The position numbers were made by a program, and so were the translations under genes. A DNA stretch of 32,754 nucleotides from Octopus bimaculoides (taxonomy: Eukaryota). Under the pieces are notes generated by a model. That model saw only the letters and a program-made list of their open reading frames with translations. It searched no databases and was not told the origin of the DNA. This document shows positions 1-12,500 of this stretch, in pieces. Position 1 is the stretch's first letter. Every line of letters begins with the position of its first letter. The stretch spans positions 70,506,306-70,539,059 of the forward strand of contig NC_068986.1 of the NCBI RefSeq assembly GCF_001194135.2, given 5' to 3'.

Positions 1-579
1 ATATATAAAAGCTGGTGACTGGTAAATAGCAAAATGAAAACAAAATATTCTGTACAACAGACCTAAGAAGTTCATAATTTCTATTGAATCTTATACATTA
101 ATGAATCTTATAAATATTATAATTTTTTGAAATATTTTAAAGTTACTTAAGTGTTTTATTACTCATAATAGAAATTCTTTTAAAATGAAAGTGTTCTTTT
201 TTCTTTCTTGTTTTTCTGGTGGGGATGATTGTAATATTGTTTCTAAGCAAATACTTATAAATTATTTCATCTACTTTGAAATGACTTCAAGTAAGAACAG
301 TTGCTTTTTCTCTACATTATATTCAAATTCCCTGTTAAGCATACAAATCATCTACACAATATCTTCTAAATCCACTGCTCAACTGATTGGTAAACCGTCA
401 TTCATCAACACACTATAAACATTCGTCCTGGGTATGACTTTAAATTACATCTAGTTGTAGGGCTCTGGTTTGGGAGTCTCAAGGTTCCAAAGAGTGTGAA
501 AACATCTCTTAGCCACTGTTGTTCCTAGATCTACTCTGGGCTGCAGTCATAGGATATGTCACGTCCTCTCTATGGGCTT

Positions 580-885
580 GCCTACTTATGCATGTGAAGG
601 CTGGATCTGGTGGACTCTACAGAAGAAACCTTCATGGCTCAATGGAGAGGAAGGCAGCTGCTGCAATGTGTTGTGCTGTACAAAGAGCAAAATGAGGCGA
701 GTAAGACATCTTGGTCATCCACTGCATCCATTTCAATGTCAAGTTGTCTTGACCTGGTCTTGCTACTGGATTGAAGATGGTTACAAACAAGAGTGTAAGG
801 TTGACAGTATGCAACTCTTCTTCATTTATACAAAATCACTGCACATGTCATCAGTCCTTCGAAAGGATGACTAGATGGCCTTGAT
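580..885 (+). mobile_element. Degenerate 3' fragment of an RTE-type LINE (post-RT region)
   Basis: ORF 572..874 contains PTYACEGW..TL, RRVRHLGH and VLTW, which resemble the RTE C-terminal pattern LLYGCETWTL / RRxRHAGH / VLLW. Recognised from memory; degenerate. Confidence 0.5.
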
Positions 886-2069
886 TCTCCAATAGATGAA
901 CATGATAATAATTAGCACATCATGCTTTGTTTTCATCCTATTTCTATCACTACTACACTGGTTCATTGGGTATTGGAGCAACACCTGAAGGTTGTTTTCA
1001 TATAAAGTTTATATGCTGTGAGGAGAAAATAAAACCATAGTATAATTTTTGTCAATGCAGACCACTACTAATTCCTTTGACTGTATATGTTTCTTTTTAA
1101 CAAAGATTTCTGTTATATAAAGTAGTTTGAAATAGCCTTCTTGAAGATTTTAGACTCACTGTTGTACATTAATATAACAATAGTGAACTAAAATCCCACA
1201 TGATACCTATGTATAGTTAAGTGGACAGGATTATTGAGAGCTTTTAACAACTGTGCTGGGTCATTATTTCAATGGCTGTATTATACCTCAGATGCAAACA
1301 CTTGTATCAGTGCGTGAACAATTTTGTATCCAAGATTTTATTCAGATGTGTTACAAACGAATTCATACTGTGAGTACATAATATTCAACCTGGTTATCTG
1401 GGATTGAAGTAAAAGATTCTGAACATCTTGCCATGTTCCATGAAGGCAGAAAAATAGAAGGAATTCAATCACCAAAAATTGCTTCCAAACAGGCACTAGG
1501 TGAAGAATACCATAGCAAGTTACTGGTGGGAAAAACATCGAATCTTTATGCCTGAATCTCTCTCCAATGGTGACTTTGCCGTGTCTTAGAGAAAAGAGAG
1601 GGAGGTTCAATTGGAATTTGCTCTTAAGTAGTCGAGGTTGCCTCTCACACCCTCCTGTGTGTAGTTTAGCAATTATGCCTTATGTGCTGGCAAAGAGGGA
1701 GCTAAACGTGGTTGCTTGGAATGTTCTAGAACATTTGACAAGGGAGGTAACTGTAGTTGACACAGCAATATTTTGCAGGCGAAGCAAACCAGTTTCAAAT
1801 AGCATTGCCTACAAGTTCAGTGTTTTGTCAGGTATTCTAGATGATGCTGAAGGCAGTGTAAGAACTTTCAATTTTTTGGTCAGTTGACCAGAACCTTGTT
1901 AATTTGGTCACGAGGAACTTATAGGTAAATGTGGATAATTATGATATAATTTTTTTAAAAATGGGTATCTACATAAAACATCATGATTTATTTGGAATAC
2001 AATATCAAAACTGAAATCTTGTTTACTATCTAGGGAGAAGAAATACTTTTCTTTTAAAAGCATGTGTAT

Positions 2070-2408
2070 TACGAGGGGAGCAAAAACAAAACCCCCTCTT
2101 TTGGTTATTTATAAATATTACTTAGAATTAAAACAAAACTATTTTAAAAAAACAAAACACATCAACTAGATTATGGCTGGGAGATAACAGTTTACTCAAA
2201 GTAGCTGCCCTCAGCTTCTGCCATGACCTCAAGATTGTTCCAGAACCTGGTGCATGTGTTCTTCACTGCATCCCATGGAAGATCTTAAAACACCTCTTTG
2301 ATCTTGGTCACCAGCTCAGCCTTGGTGTTGCAAGCAGAGTGATTAGTGTCTTTCTTGACTGTACCCAACACATAGTAATCCCTAGGATTACAATCAGGAG
2401 AGTTATGA
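2070..2408 (-). mobile_element. Tc1/mariner-superfamily (DD37D/maT-like) transposon 3' relic
   Basis: Minus strand 2408->2192 reads HNSPDCNPRDYYVLGTVKKDTNHSACNTKAELVTKIKEVF*DLPWDAVKNTCTRFWNNLEVMAEAEGSYFE*. SPDCNPxDY is typical of DD37D-type transposases. A TA-CGAGGGG terminus at 2070 looks like a TIR end. Confidence 0.7.
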
Positions 2409-2409
2409 A

Positions 2410-3532
2410 AAAATAATCTATGTCACACATCATGAGACATCACGGAGATTCTCCATGTATCTCATGTGAGAATTATAATGCATTTAGAAACACTTGGTTA
2501 CATAAATTGTTATGATGTTTGAGTGCCTCATAACTTAACAGAAAAAAACTTAATAGAATGCATTTCCATCTGCAATTCTCTGCTCAGACGAAAACAAAAA
2601 AAAAATGACCCATTTTTGTAAAGAATGATCACATGTGATGAGAAATGGATTATTTACAACAACATAAAATACAGTTCTATATTTAATAATGTAAATAATG
2701 AACACAAAATGTAAAAGATCCTGGGGAAAACAAAATGAACCACCTTCAATCTCTACTAAAGCTGGTCTGTATCCAAAGAAGGTGATGTTCTGTATCTGGT
2801 GGGATTGGAAGGGCATTGTGTATTACAAGCTACTTCCACAAAATCAGGCTATTATTGTTCCCAATTAGACCAATTAAAGGAGGCAATTAATGAAAACCGT
2901 CCAGAATTAGCCAACCGAAAGGGTGTAATCTTACATCAGGACAGTGCTGACCACATGTTTCTTTGCAGATCAAACAGAAACTGGTGCAGCTTGGATGGGA
3001 TGTCTTACCCCACCCACCATACTCACCTGACCTTGCACCATTGGATTACCATTTATTCCGATCCCTGCAAAATTTTCTTAACCCTTTCAAGATGCTCTGT
3101 GTTTCTTTCAACTACTTTAATGTAATAAAGAATTTAGTAAAATAACTTAGTTATCATTCAGCTAGTGTTAGGAACATAAATTTGTGACTAAGGTTTGGTG
3201 GAAGATTTTAATTCAAAACTTATGAAAACAAGACACTTGTACTCAGAGCCAGAGCCGGTTTTAGCCGGGTTGGTAACAAAAGGGGTTAATGGGAAGAACT
3301 TTGATTCTTTAAAAGAGTGTAAAAACTGCTCAGGCAGTTTTTACTGCCTGAGCAGATGACCCAGACAGATGTCAAGCTCTGAGAGGATGGGATCATGAAA
3401 CTGCCTCAAAGATAGCAAAAGGTAGTGGAACAAAATGGGAAATATGTAGTTGAGTAAAGTATGTACAACTATCTAAATATCGTTAATGAATTTTATTTTA
3501 AAAACTCTACAAACTTTTTTACCAACTCAATA
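2410..3532 (+). mobile_element. Mariner (DD34D) transposon relic, 5'-truncated, frameshifted, interrupted by a MITE
   Basis: Fragments read LGYINCYDV*VPHNL (WVPHEL motif), [64 protein letters not shown]|NGKNF, and KVVEQNGKYVVE* (stop 3455-3457). Right end ...ACCAACTCAATA at 3532. Confidence 0.92.
3082..3285. mobile_element. piggyBac-type MITE (copy 1), TTAA target-site duplication
   Basis: TTAA (3078-3081) CCCTTTC ... GGTAACAAAAGGGG TTAA (3286-3289). Removing it restores the mariner frame FL-NGKNF. Near-identical to 24485-24701. Confidence 0.88.
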
Positions 3533-5967
3533 TTTACAAGTGTTGTGATATAGACCCAGGTTATGCACATTAATCAGTTTACCACAGTCTGCTTAACTGC
3601 TACTTTTCCCACTTCAATTAAAGGTTAGAATAGAAAGAGCAGATGGCTATAAAATATATGCAACAACTGTCTGAAAGCCTCCATAACTGTTAAATCACTT
3701 CGTCCATGCTATCATGAAAAAATGGATATAACAACAAAAGAAGTAAAAACAAATATTGACCTAAATACAGGAATAAATATTTTACAATATTTTTAATTTA
3801 ACAACCATCTGTTACATGTATGACTTTTATTTTCTTCAATTATATTATTCATTGGTTTAAATTCATTATATTCTCACCTATATTTTTAATGTATGCTCCT
3901 ACCTACTTTCTGATCAGATACAAATCTCATTTGGTATGTGGTCACTCATTTGTTTTGATTGGGATAATTATCATAACCTTGAGTTTTTATATCTTTTCTG
4001 ACATAAAGATTAAAAGGTAGAATACTTTTGTTTTTATTCTCCATCTTAAAAAAATATTATAACTTTGAGCAGTAAAATGTAGATCATGGCAACTAAATAG
4101 GCTCTCAAAACAGTTATTAATTTAGTAGTAAATTGATTGCCATTTTGATTCATGTGAACAAAACATAACATAGATATTATCTCTGAAATTTGATAACTAT
4201 AAATTCTCTTGTTTGAGTAAAATAGTCTTTTAGGAAATAACAAAAAAGTAGATATTACTTATATATATTAACAGAAGAATGTTTTAGAGGTAACGTTAAC
4301 TTCCAGAGCTACTGCAATATGTAGCCTTTGAGTGCCTTTAGTAGAATTGTAAGCACTCAAACAAGACCTGTTGTTTAAGAGAACACAGTCACTAGATGCA
4401 CTTGGCATAATGCCATTGATTATCAGAAGATTCTGGTGTAAAAGGTTTCCCACCAGAATCCTACCTTTAGAGATAATACGGAGATAAGAGATCCATATCA
4501 TAGGTAACGTCATGGCAGGCTCCCCTATCAGCTGGTACATAACCAACACCCTCTTTTTTACTACTTTGTGACTGATGTTCAGTATGTTGAGAGGCCCAAC
4601 TAGGTTAATAATTTCCAGTATTTGGCAACAGCTCATGAACTATGGTAATCTTGAGAATCATGAAAATGTCTCAATAAGAATCACATCTGTTTGGACATAT
4701 TTCATCTTTCCATAACAATATCTTTGATTTTCTTTCAGCCTCCACCCTCCCAACTAATTCCTCATAACATGCAAACTATAAATTTTATTTCTCTCTATGG
4801 TACAAATCTCTCATCTCTATCTCTAACCCATCTTTGTTGTCCAAGTTTCAGACTATATACCATGTGTTTTCTGAAAAATGGTGTTTGGAATTATGTAGGA
4901 TCTTTCTCTGACTCATTTTCACCTAGATATCAGCAACAAAGTCCATTTACTCTGACTCTCTTCTCTGGTTCTCTGAATTCATCTGCTGTGTCTATTGTTC
5001 TTTGAGTTCTCTCAACAATCAGCTGTTTCTCAGCTAAATTTAATCCTATATTGAGGATATCTATCTTATTTCACCTCACTGAGATTGTCTCATTCTTGAT
5101 GTTATGGTTCCAATGAACACAACTCTTGCACTCATTCCAGCTGATACTTCTGGTACTGAATCATTTGCCTTTCCAAACTGGCTCACATCCGATAGTGTCC
5201 TCTTCTACTCATATCTTAGACTGACACACTAACTCATTAAACAATACTGACCTTTTCCTCCACCCACCTTTTTCCCATTGCTTATTCAAGGAAACTCCCC
5301 TTACAATTTTCTATGATATAATAATCCTGTCCTTTGAATTGTTTGAACCTTTCTGAGGCAGCTAAGTATCTGGCCAATACCATTCTCTTAAATATACTCA
5401 TCAACATTCTCTCACTCACAATGAAGTCTCACAAGCCTAAAACTCAATGTACAGCACTGCAGCTGTACAGTTAGGTGAAGAACACTACTAATAACATATG
5501 AAAGAAGTCACCCATCATCTCTACATCAAAAAAAGGACTTTGAGCATGTTCAGTCTTGGACCAAAGTTTCTTTTTACTCCATTACAGCATGTATTGAAGG
5601 ACTTTCCCTCTATATACTAACAATTCTGATGTACATCAAGATTTGGTTATTTCTCCAACATCTGCCTTGCCAAATGAACATTAATAACCTACATTCAGTT
5701 ACTTTTAACCACATATACACACACTACTACACTCCTGTAAATTCTCACTCAACTTGAATATCTTAAATCAAGCATGCACTATGTAAATGTATTTCAATGC
5801 AGCCAGGATAGTTTAGTCTTCAAATATATAAAAAAAAAAACATTACGTCACTACAGCCTTGTATACATAACACACAATTAAAAACGTAAGAGTCACTAAG
5901 AATGCTAGCTTTGACAATCTTTGATAATGATTTCACATATGACGTTGCTTCTCTTTTTGCCAGAAAA

Positions 5968-6211
5968 TATTGGGTTGGTGCATAATTATTGCAGCTTTTT
6001 TTTAACAAATTTTATTTAACAATAACAATATTTAACAAAAACATCTTTAAATGATGGTCTGACCATCTGCCAAGCAAATGGGAAGCAGTAATTGAAGTAG
6101 ATGGTGAATATGCTCCAGAATAATTATTTAAAGATGTTTTTGCTACATGCTATTGTTTTTGTTGAATAAAATTTATTGAAGAAACCGCAATAATTATACA
6201 CCAACCCAATA
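5968..6211 (+). mobile_element. Mariner-derived foldback MITE
   Basis: TA-TTGGGTTGGTGCATAATTATTGC... and ...GCAATAATTATACACCAACCCAA-TA termini, with imperfect inverted arms of about 85 bp. The centre (6061-6123) encodes DHLPSKWEAVIEVDGEYAPE*, a mariner transposase C-terminus. Confidence 0.85.
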
Positions 6212-7159
6212 CTTCAGTTCTGATTAGTTGGTAATTCTCCACAGTCTGTGTAACACATATTGAAGAACTTCTCACATATCTAAAACAGTGCTACTGTTTT
6301 CCTAACAAACATCCTTGACCAAATACAAAGAAAAAACAAATGGTCACTCAAACTGGCAAAGGCTCATGAAGACAATACAACCACTAATTTCTTTCTCTGG
6401 TGTTTCTACAAAAGAATTAGAGATTGCTATATATGTCATGGATTTGTATGTGAAGGTTTACTGTATAAGAGTATGAGAACAATTATATAAATATAATTCC
6501 TTGACAAAGTTATCTCCCTGGCTTTGAGTAGTGATAAAAAAAAGAAAAAATCTTCAAATATATGAGTAATTTGTGTATGTTTGTATTTGTAAATTTGTTA
6601 TAAGAGTTTCAATTATATCAATTTTAGTTATATTGGTTTGCAAACTGAAAGATAGATTGTTCATATCTCATCATTAACATTTTCTACTGACCAAATTATC
6701 TAGCTGCAAATAGATATTAAGTTAAGATCTATTTCTGAACTCTAGGTTGCAAGAATACTTTATAACTGATGAACCAAATCCTTGCATCAGTTTAACTTGG
6801 AAAGAGTGGTATCTGCTACATGAAGATGATATCTTTGATAGGGTTCAAAGACAGAATAGATTATAAAATCACTTTATTATATATTTTTTTTCTATTTCTA
6901 TATTTTTATATTTCAAGTTACATTTTCTCTATTTGCAATAGTAACACTTTAGTCTTTCAGACATTTTCTTGCCTTCTTTTTTAGCAAAATAATTCATGCC
7001 AGAAAGAGAATAAAATATCAATTTGTTGTTAGATAAAGACTATTTTATGTCTCCACATATTTTAAAATCTCCATTATTTTTGCACACTAGTACAGAGAGG
7101 CCTTTTTACTCCTACCAGAAAGAACTTTTTCTAAAAGACCATTATTAATTTGAGTCCTA

Positions 7160-7374
7160 AGGTGGCAAGCTGGCAGAATCATTAGTATACTGAACAAAAT
7201 GCGTAGCAGCATTTCACCTGTCTTTATATTCTGAGTTCAAATTCCGTTGAGGTCAGCTTTGCCTATCATGCTTTTGAGTCGATGAAAGAAGTACCAGTCA
7301 AGTACTGGCGTCAGTATAATCAACTAGCTCCTTCCGCAAAAATTTCAGGCCTTGCGCTTATAGTAGAAAGGATA
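7160..7374 (+). mobile_element. tRNA-derived SINE, family A (copy 1)
   Basis: Head GGTGGCAAGCTGGCAGAATCATTAG, B-box-like GAGTTCAAATTCC, 3' end CAGGCCTTGCGCTTATAGTAGAAAGGAT. Aligns with 18086-18294 and, inverted, with 28531-28713. Confidence 0.85.
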
Positions 7375-9594
7375 AATTAGATTCCTCAGCATTTTTATGG
7401 CTAACGATTTAATGTATATACAGCAATGCCTTTACCTCAGAATACAAAAAAATAACTGATCAAGTTGAGTTTATCTTTTGATTTGTAAAAATATAGATTT
7501 CATTGCTTTACATTTGATGGAATACAAAGCAATAGTAAGCATTTATGCAGTAACTTGACCTGCCATAATTAGAAACCAAATAAATCTCATACCACACCCT
7601 ATCTTCAAAAGAAATGTTGTCTAAGTTACAGCAAGCCTGATAAAAATATAGGATAGTCATTACTGAAATGCCTTTGATTATAGATTTGCTCAGTCAGTAC
7701 TAACTTAGTATCAACTATATAATCGGGAAAGATCTGTAGCAGAGTTTAGAGCTGAGCATTAGCTCACTAATGAGAAATAGGCCACAGCATATTAGGCAAT
7801 ATCAGTCTAATTGATAACCAATCATATCATAGCTGCAAGCATACAATCAATGAAAAGTTCCATAGTTTCCCACTAAAGCATGGTTATATAGAAGTGCAGG
7901 ACAATCAACACAAGTTTCAGGGAGCCCTGAGACGACAGGATGCTTGGTCACTACTTGACATCTGGTTAAAATTAATCATTTGTTGATGATGAATGCAGAA
8001 TTTCTCACTTCTTGCCACACAACTATATAGGTAGCCAATTCTTAGCCAAATACAACATGCATACACGACTCTCTACGGGTAATAGGTGATACAGCTTCTG
8101 GGGAGTAACTTTTGTAATGTTCATATGTAAATAAATGGGCTCAATCAAAAATCTAAAATGGACTTGGTTTTATATGGGGAACAGCACAGCCATATTCTTC
8201 CTAATCAAATAATCAAAATATCCAGAACACTCCTAATCAAATCTACAGGTTAATCAATAGAGAAAGCTTCCTTGTAACATAACCTTGTAAGATAATTTTG
8301 TAAATTAATCAACAGGGAAGACTTCTTTATAAAAATATCTATTAACATAGCAATCAACAGTTTTTTTCCTATCATATTCAAGAAAAAATGTACTTTTTCA
8401 GATTATAGATGTTAACACATTTCATCCAAACAACTTGGTTTTAATGACTCAAATGACAACAAGTTCCAACATAGACTGTATAATTAATGAGTGATTCACA
8501 CATTACACTTCTGTGTTTGTATCTTAGCCTTTCATAATCAATAAAATAAGTATTAACATGCTAGAACGTAGTAAAGAAAACTAGACTATATGCTGAGTTT
8601 GGGCATGCCTACATTATAGTTGTACTCAGAATTAGATCGGGTCTAATCAGTAGCAGTAACATAAATACTACCTTTATTGAACTGAATATCAGTGTAGAAA
8701 TATACGTGAATTAATATCTTCCCCCCTCTCCCTGAAGGTTGATGTTTATTTAGCTACATTAACAAATAATTATAAGGAAACCTGATTGTTAGAGTAAAAT
8801 TAAAATAACTGTCTCACCAGCCAGCAGAAATAAATCTATAAAGAAGTAGACAATCAGACCAGCATATGTTGAAATGCTAGCTGTCCCTTCTACTCTTATA
8901 TATTTTTTTAACATATACTTTACTTCCAACTGCTGCTACCTGACTTTGGCCTATTATCAAACTTCTGTACAATGTATATCTGTAAAGCTGACAGTAGTCT
9001 TCCTATTGGCTACAAGCAGAGTCCTTACTTGTTGCTTACGTCCCGCCTTCTGCATTACGATGTGCTTATGACAGTATACATGCTATCAAGAACTGGTTTG
9101 ATATAGTAGGCTTCGCTTGAAAAGGACACAGGAAAAGAAAACTGATTTTGCAGTTAACAAAATAAGCTGGAAAAAAAAACAAAACATATTGATTTATTTG
9201 ATGATTGTATACCCAAAACTTCATAACACATACTCAGGGACAGATTTACATTATAAAAATTGTAATATACAAAGGAATTCTGTTTTATCTTAAACTTCAA
9301 AACATAACGAAGCACACAACATATTCTAATCTTTCTTCTGTTCCAAGTAATTTCTATCGAAGGTATGTTCTTAACATTTATAATTTAGCAATTATTCAAG
9401 CACGGTAATGTTTTTAAATAATTGCCTTAGATTGATGAGTATTATTTAACTTTGTATTAATTTTCTCCAAAGTGCAATGATTTTAAATATTTTTTCATCA
9501 ACTGTTGTGGCTCTTTAATGAAAATTTTATAAAAAGTTATTGGTCTCATTGTATGATTCTGTCATAAATTCATAAAAAAAAAAAAAAATTGAAA

Positions 9595-12500
9595 ATGTAT
9601 TCCTCTGGAAGACAGAGATACAGGCCCACTACAAGTTTGAGGAGATCTAGTTCAAAACCAAATCTCTCTTTCTCAACAATTACAGAGGAATGTGTACCAA
9701 AAGACATACACTTTCCTGATGATGAGGAAAAAAGAGAAAGAACACAGCGGCTAAGAAAACTCCAACGATTAAGAGAACGTCGTTGTAGAGACTTTAAAGG
9801 TTTATCACGCTCAGGTGTAACAGATGACTATGAGATACGTTTTGCAAGTGATTTGGAAGAATTTAGAAGTATAAAGTCTGGAAATGTACATACTGGAGGT
9901 GATGCTTTATCAAAAAATCAACAGTTTGAACATAAGTTTTCAAAATTTCAAAGCAGAGATATATATAACACTCTTCCATCAAGGTTAGGTGCTAAAAAGT
10001 TTATGGACAATTCATCTTTTAGTGATTATAAAAAAGACCCCGCACTTTCCCCCACAGGTAGTGTTAGCTCTTCTGTAACTGTTGATGATAGATTTATGTA
10101 TGGTTCCAGATTTGAGAATGAGGAAAACGAGTATTCCTGGAGACCTCGTCACCGTACTTACTCATTTTCATCAAATTATGATTATGATTCTTCAATGTAT
10201 GGCAATCTCAATGAAGATGGTCTAGATGACGGCCTTTTTGATGATACTACATCAGAGTATGATTTTGGTTATAGTTCAATACATGGACTGAAACGTTCCT
10301 TTTCAACATGTATTACTCCTCAAAAATATTCAGGGATGATGACACCTGTAGCTATGAGTTCTGAAGCAGCAGCTACTGCTGATCGTCTTGACCAAATTAA
10401 AGAAAGGCTCTACAATTTGCAAGCTATGAGAAAAGAAAGAGAATCATCTGAAAAATCTCATCATGAAATAAATAAATTGTCATATAATAAGGTTAATAAT
10501 GAGCAATTTAGTACATCAGTCTCTAATTATCAAACATCTGAAAGTAAGTATCAATCTTTGAATATTCCACAGGATAATAATAATAATAATAACAGCTCAA
10601 GGCCCCTCTGGTCTCAAAGAATAGATCTTCTTATGTCATCCCAGAAGCAGAATGATACACAACATGAACAAAACCTTAATCAGGAAAGTTATACTTCTAT
10701 CAATGAAGCTACATCAAATGTAAAGATTGTTGATGGTAGTGAACCAGTTCCAACTGATATAAGCTTTGATCAAGAAAGTTTCTATTCTTTTGAGGCAGGT
10801 GAAGATGACTCTTCAATTGCAAACATAAAATCAATAAACAAAAGCACAGAAGCAACTGAAATGGAATATGATTACACAGACTGTGTAGATCCAGGAAGTG
10901 TTCAAATTAGTTTAGAAAATTATAATGATAATAAATTTCTGGGCTTTGAAGGTACTCAAATTCTAGAAAGCAGTGTCACCAGCCACACAGTAAAACCAAT
11001 TCAATTAACTCAACGTAAAACTCATACACAATCACATTCAAAACAAAATTATTTATCTATAGCAGTAACTCCTGAAGTACAGTCTCTTCCAAAAACAAGT
11101 CATTTAAGTACAGAAATGCAAAACTATAAAGATTTGAGTCGAGATGAACTCTTGCTGGAAATTGCTCGATTAAAACTGGCAAACATTGAAAGAGATACAC
11201 CAAACACTGAATCAATTGCTAATACTGAAACTGTAGAAACTGAAAGTCAAGTTAAATTTTTACCAGATGATAAAGCAAATATAAACATAACTAAATTAAA
11301 ATCAGTTGAAGTAGGTAGCAAGATAAGTTCTGACAATATACAGTATCAAGATCCTTATAATGCATCAGTTTCCATAAATAATGTTGTTGATAAAAGTGTT
11401 TCAATAACAGCTAAAGATTCAAAGTTACCTGAGGAAAAGACACCCTCAGAATCTGAGGAAGAGATACTATCAGAATTTGAGAAAGAGATGCAATCAGAAT
11501 CTCATGAACAGCCACAATCAGATAGCCATATAGTTGACCGAGAAGAGAATTTTATTAACAAGAAAGAAAAACGCCAAATTGAACATCCTATGTATTTTAA
11601 ATCTGTTACTGTGGAAAAGCCAAGTGTAGAAACATCAGAAAAAATAGCCCATAAAATCACTGAGGATAAATTACAAAAGCAATATTCACCAGTCATAAAA
11701 GAAACATTTGAGAAAAAACAGGATTTTAGTGAGGAAAACTTAAAAATGACATCCTTAAAAGATCTTCAAAATAACAATTCTTCATTGGAATCTTGTTCTT
11801 TGGAAACTCCTGCAACTCAAACACAAGTGTCCTGGAATTTTTCTGAAACTTCTAATTCAGAAAACATCAACAGTGATTCTTTAGCTGGAAGTCACCAAGA
11901 AAGCTTGACCAAATTTGATAGCACTTTCGATAACTCCAATAATTTAACAGATACATTTTCGAAAGAGACAACCTCTGTTGAGTTAACCTCTCAAACTTAT
12001 ACTCAGTCAGTACCTTATCAAGCTCCAAAAGAAATTACTGTAAATGAAAGTGATTTTCATGAAAATTCTTTAACTTCAAGAAAAGATGAAATGCTTGAAA
12101 CAAAGAAACTTTTAGTAGATGTTACTATTACACCTAACAACGATAATATTAGCAAAACAAAATCCCCTGAGAAATGCAACAGTATTGCATATTCTTCAAC
12201 AGAAAATGAAGTGGAAATGCCAAGAGCTTTAGCTTCAAGTCCCTTGTTTGTACCTTCCCAAGATACTTCTCATACCATTATGAATAAAACAACAGTTAAG
12301 GATAATACTGATAGCCCCTTTTTCTTAAATGAATTAAAGACGAACCAAATGAATGAAACATTAACATGTAAACCTTTGGATACACAGAACTATGTAGATG
12401 CTGATACTAACATAAAAAAAGGTGTTGATTCTACAAAGTTGAAGGCAATTGAAATACCAATAAAAGATAAAGGAATAGAAACATTTAATGATAAAGATTT

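Noticed and set aside
1338-1887. Two overlapping ORFs (90 and 106 aa) in a slightly GC-richer stretch
   Set aside because: No recognisable motif in any frame. Probably an old TE remnant that I cannot assign.
4268-5420. ORFs 4268..4636 and 4691..5005, and a CT-rich tract with weak RT-like words on the minus strand (KANDSVP, RVRVNG)
   Set aside because: Too degenerate to support a call. Possibly an ancient LINE.
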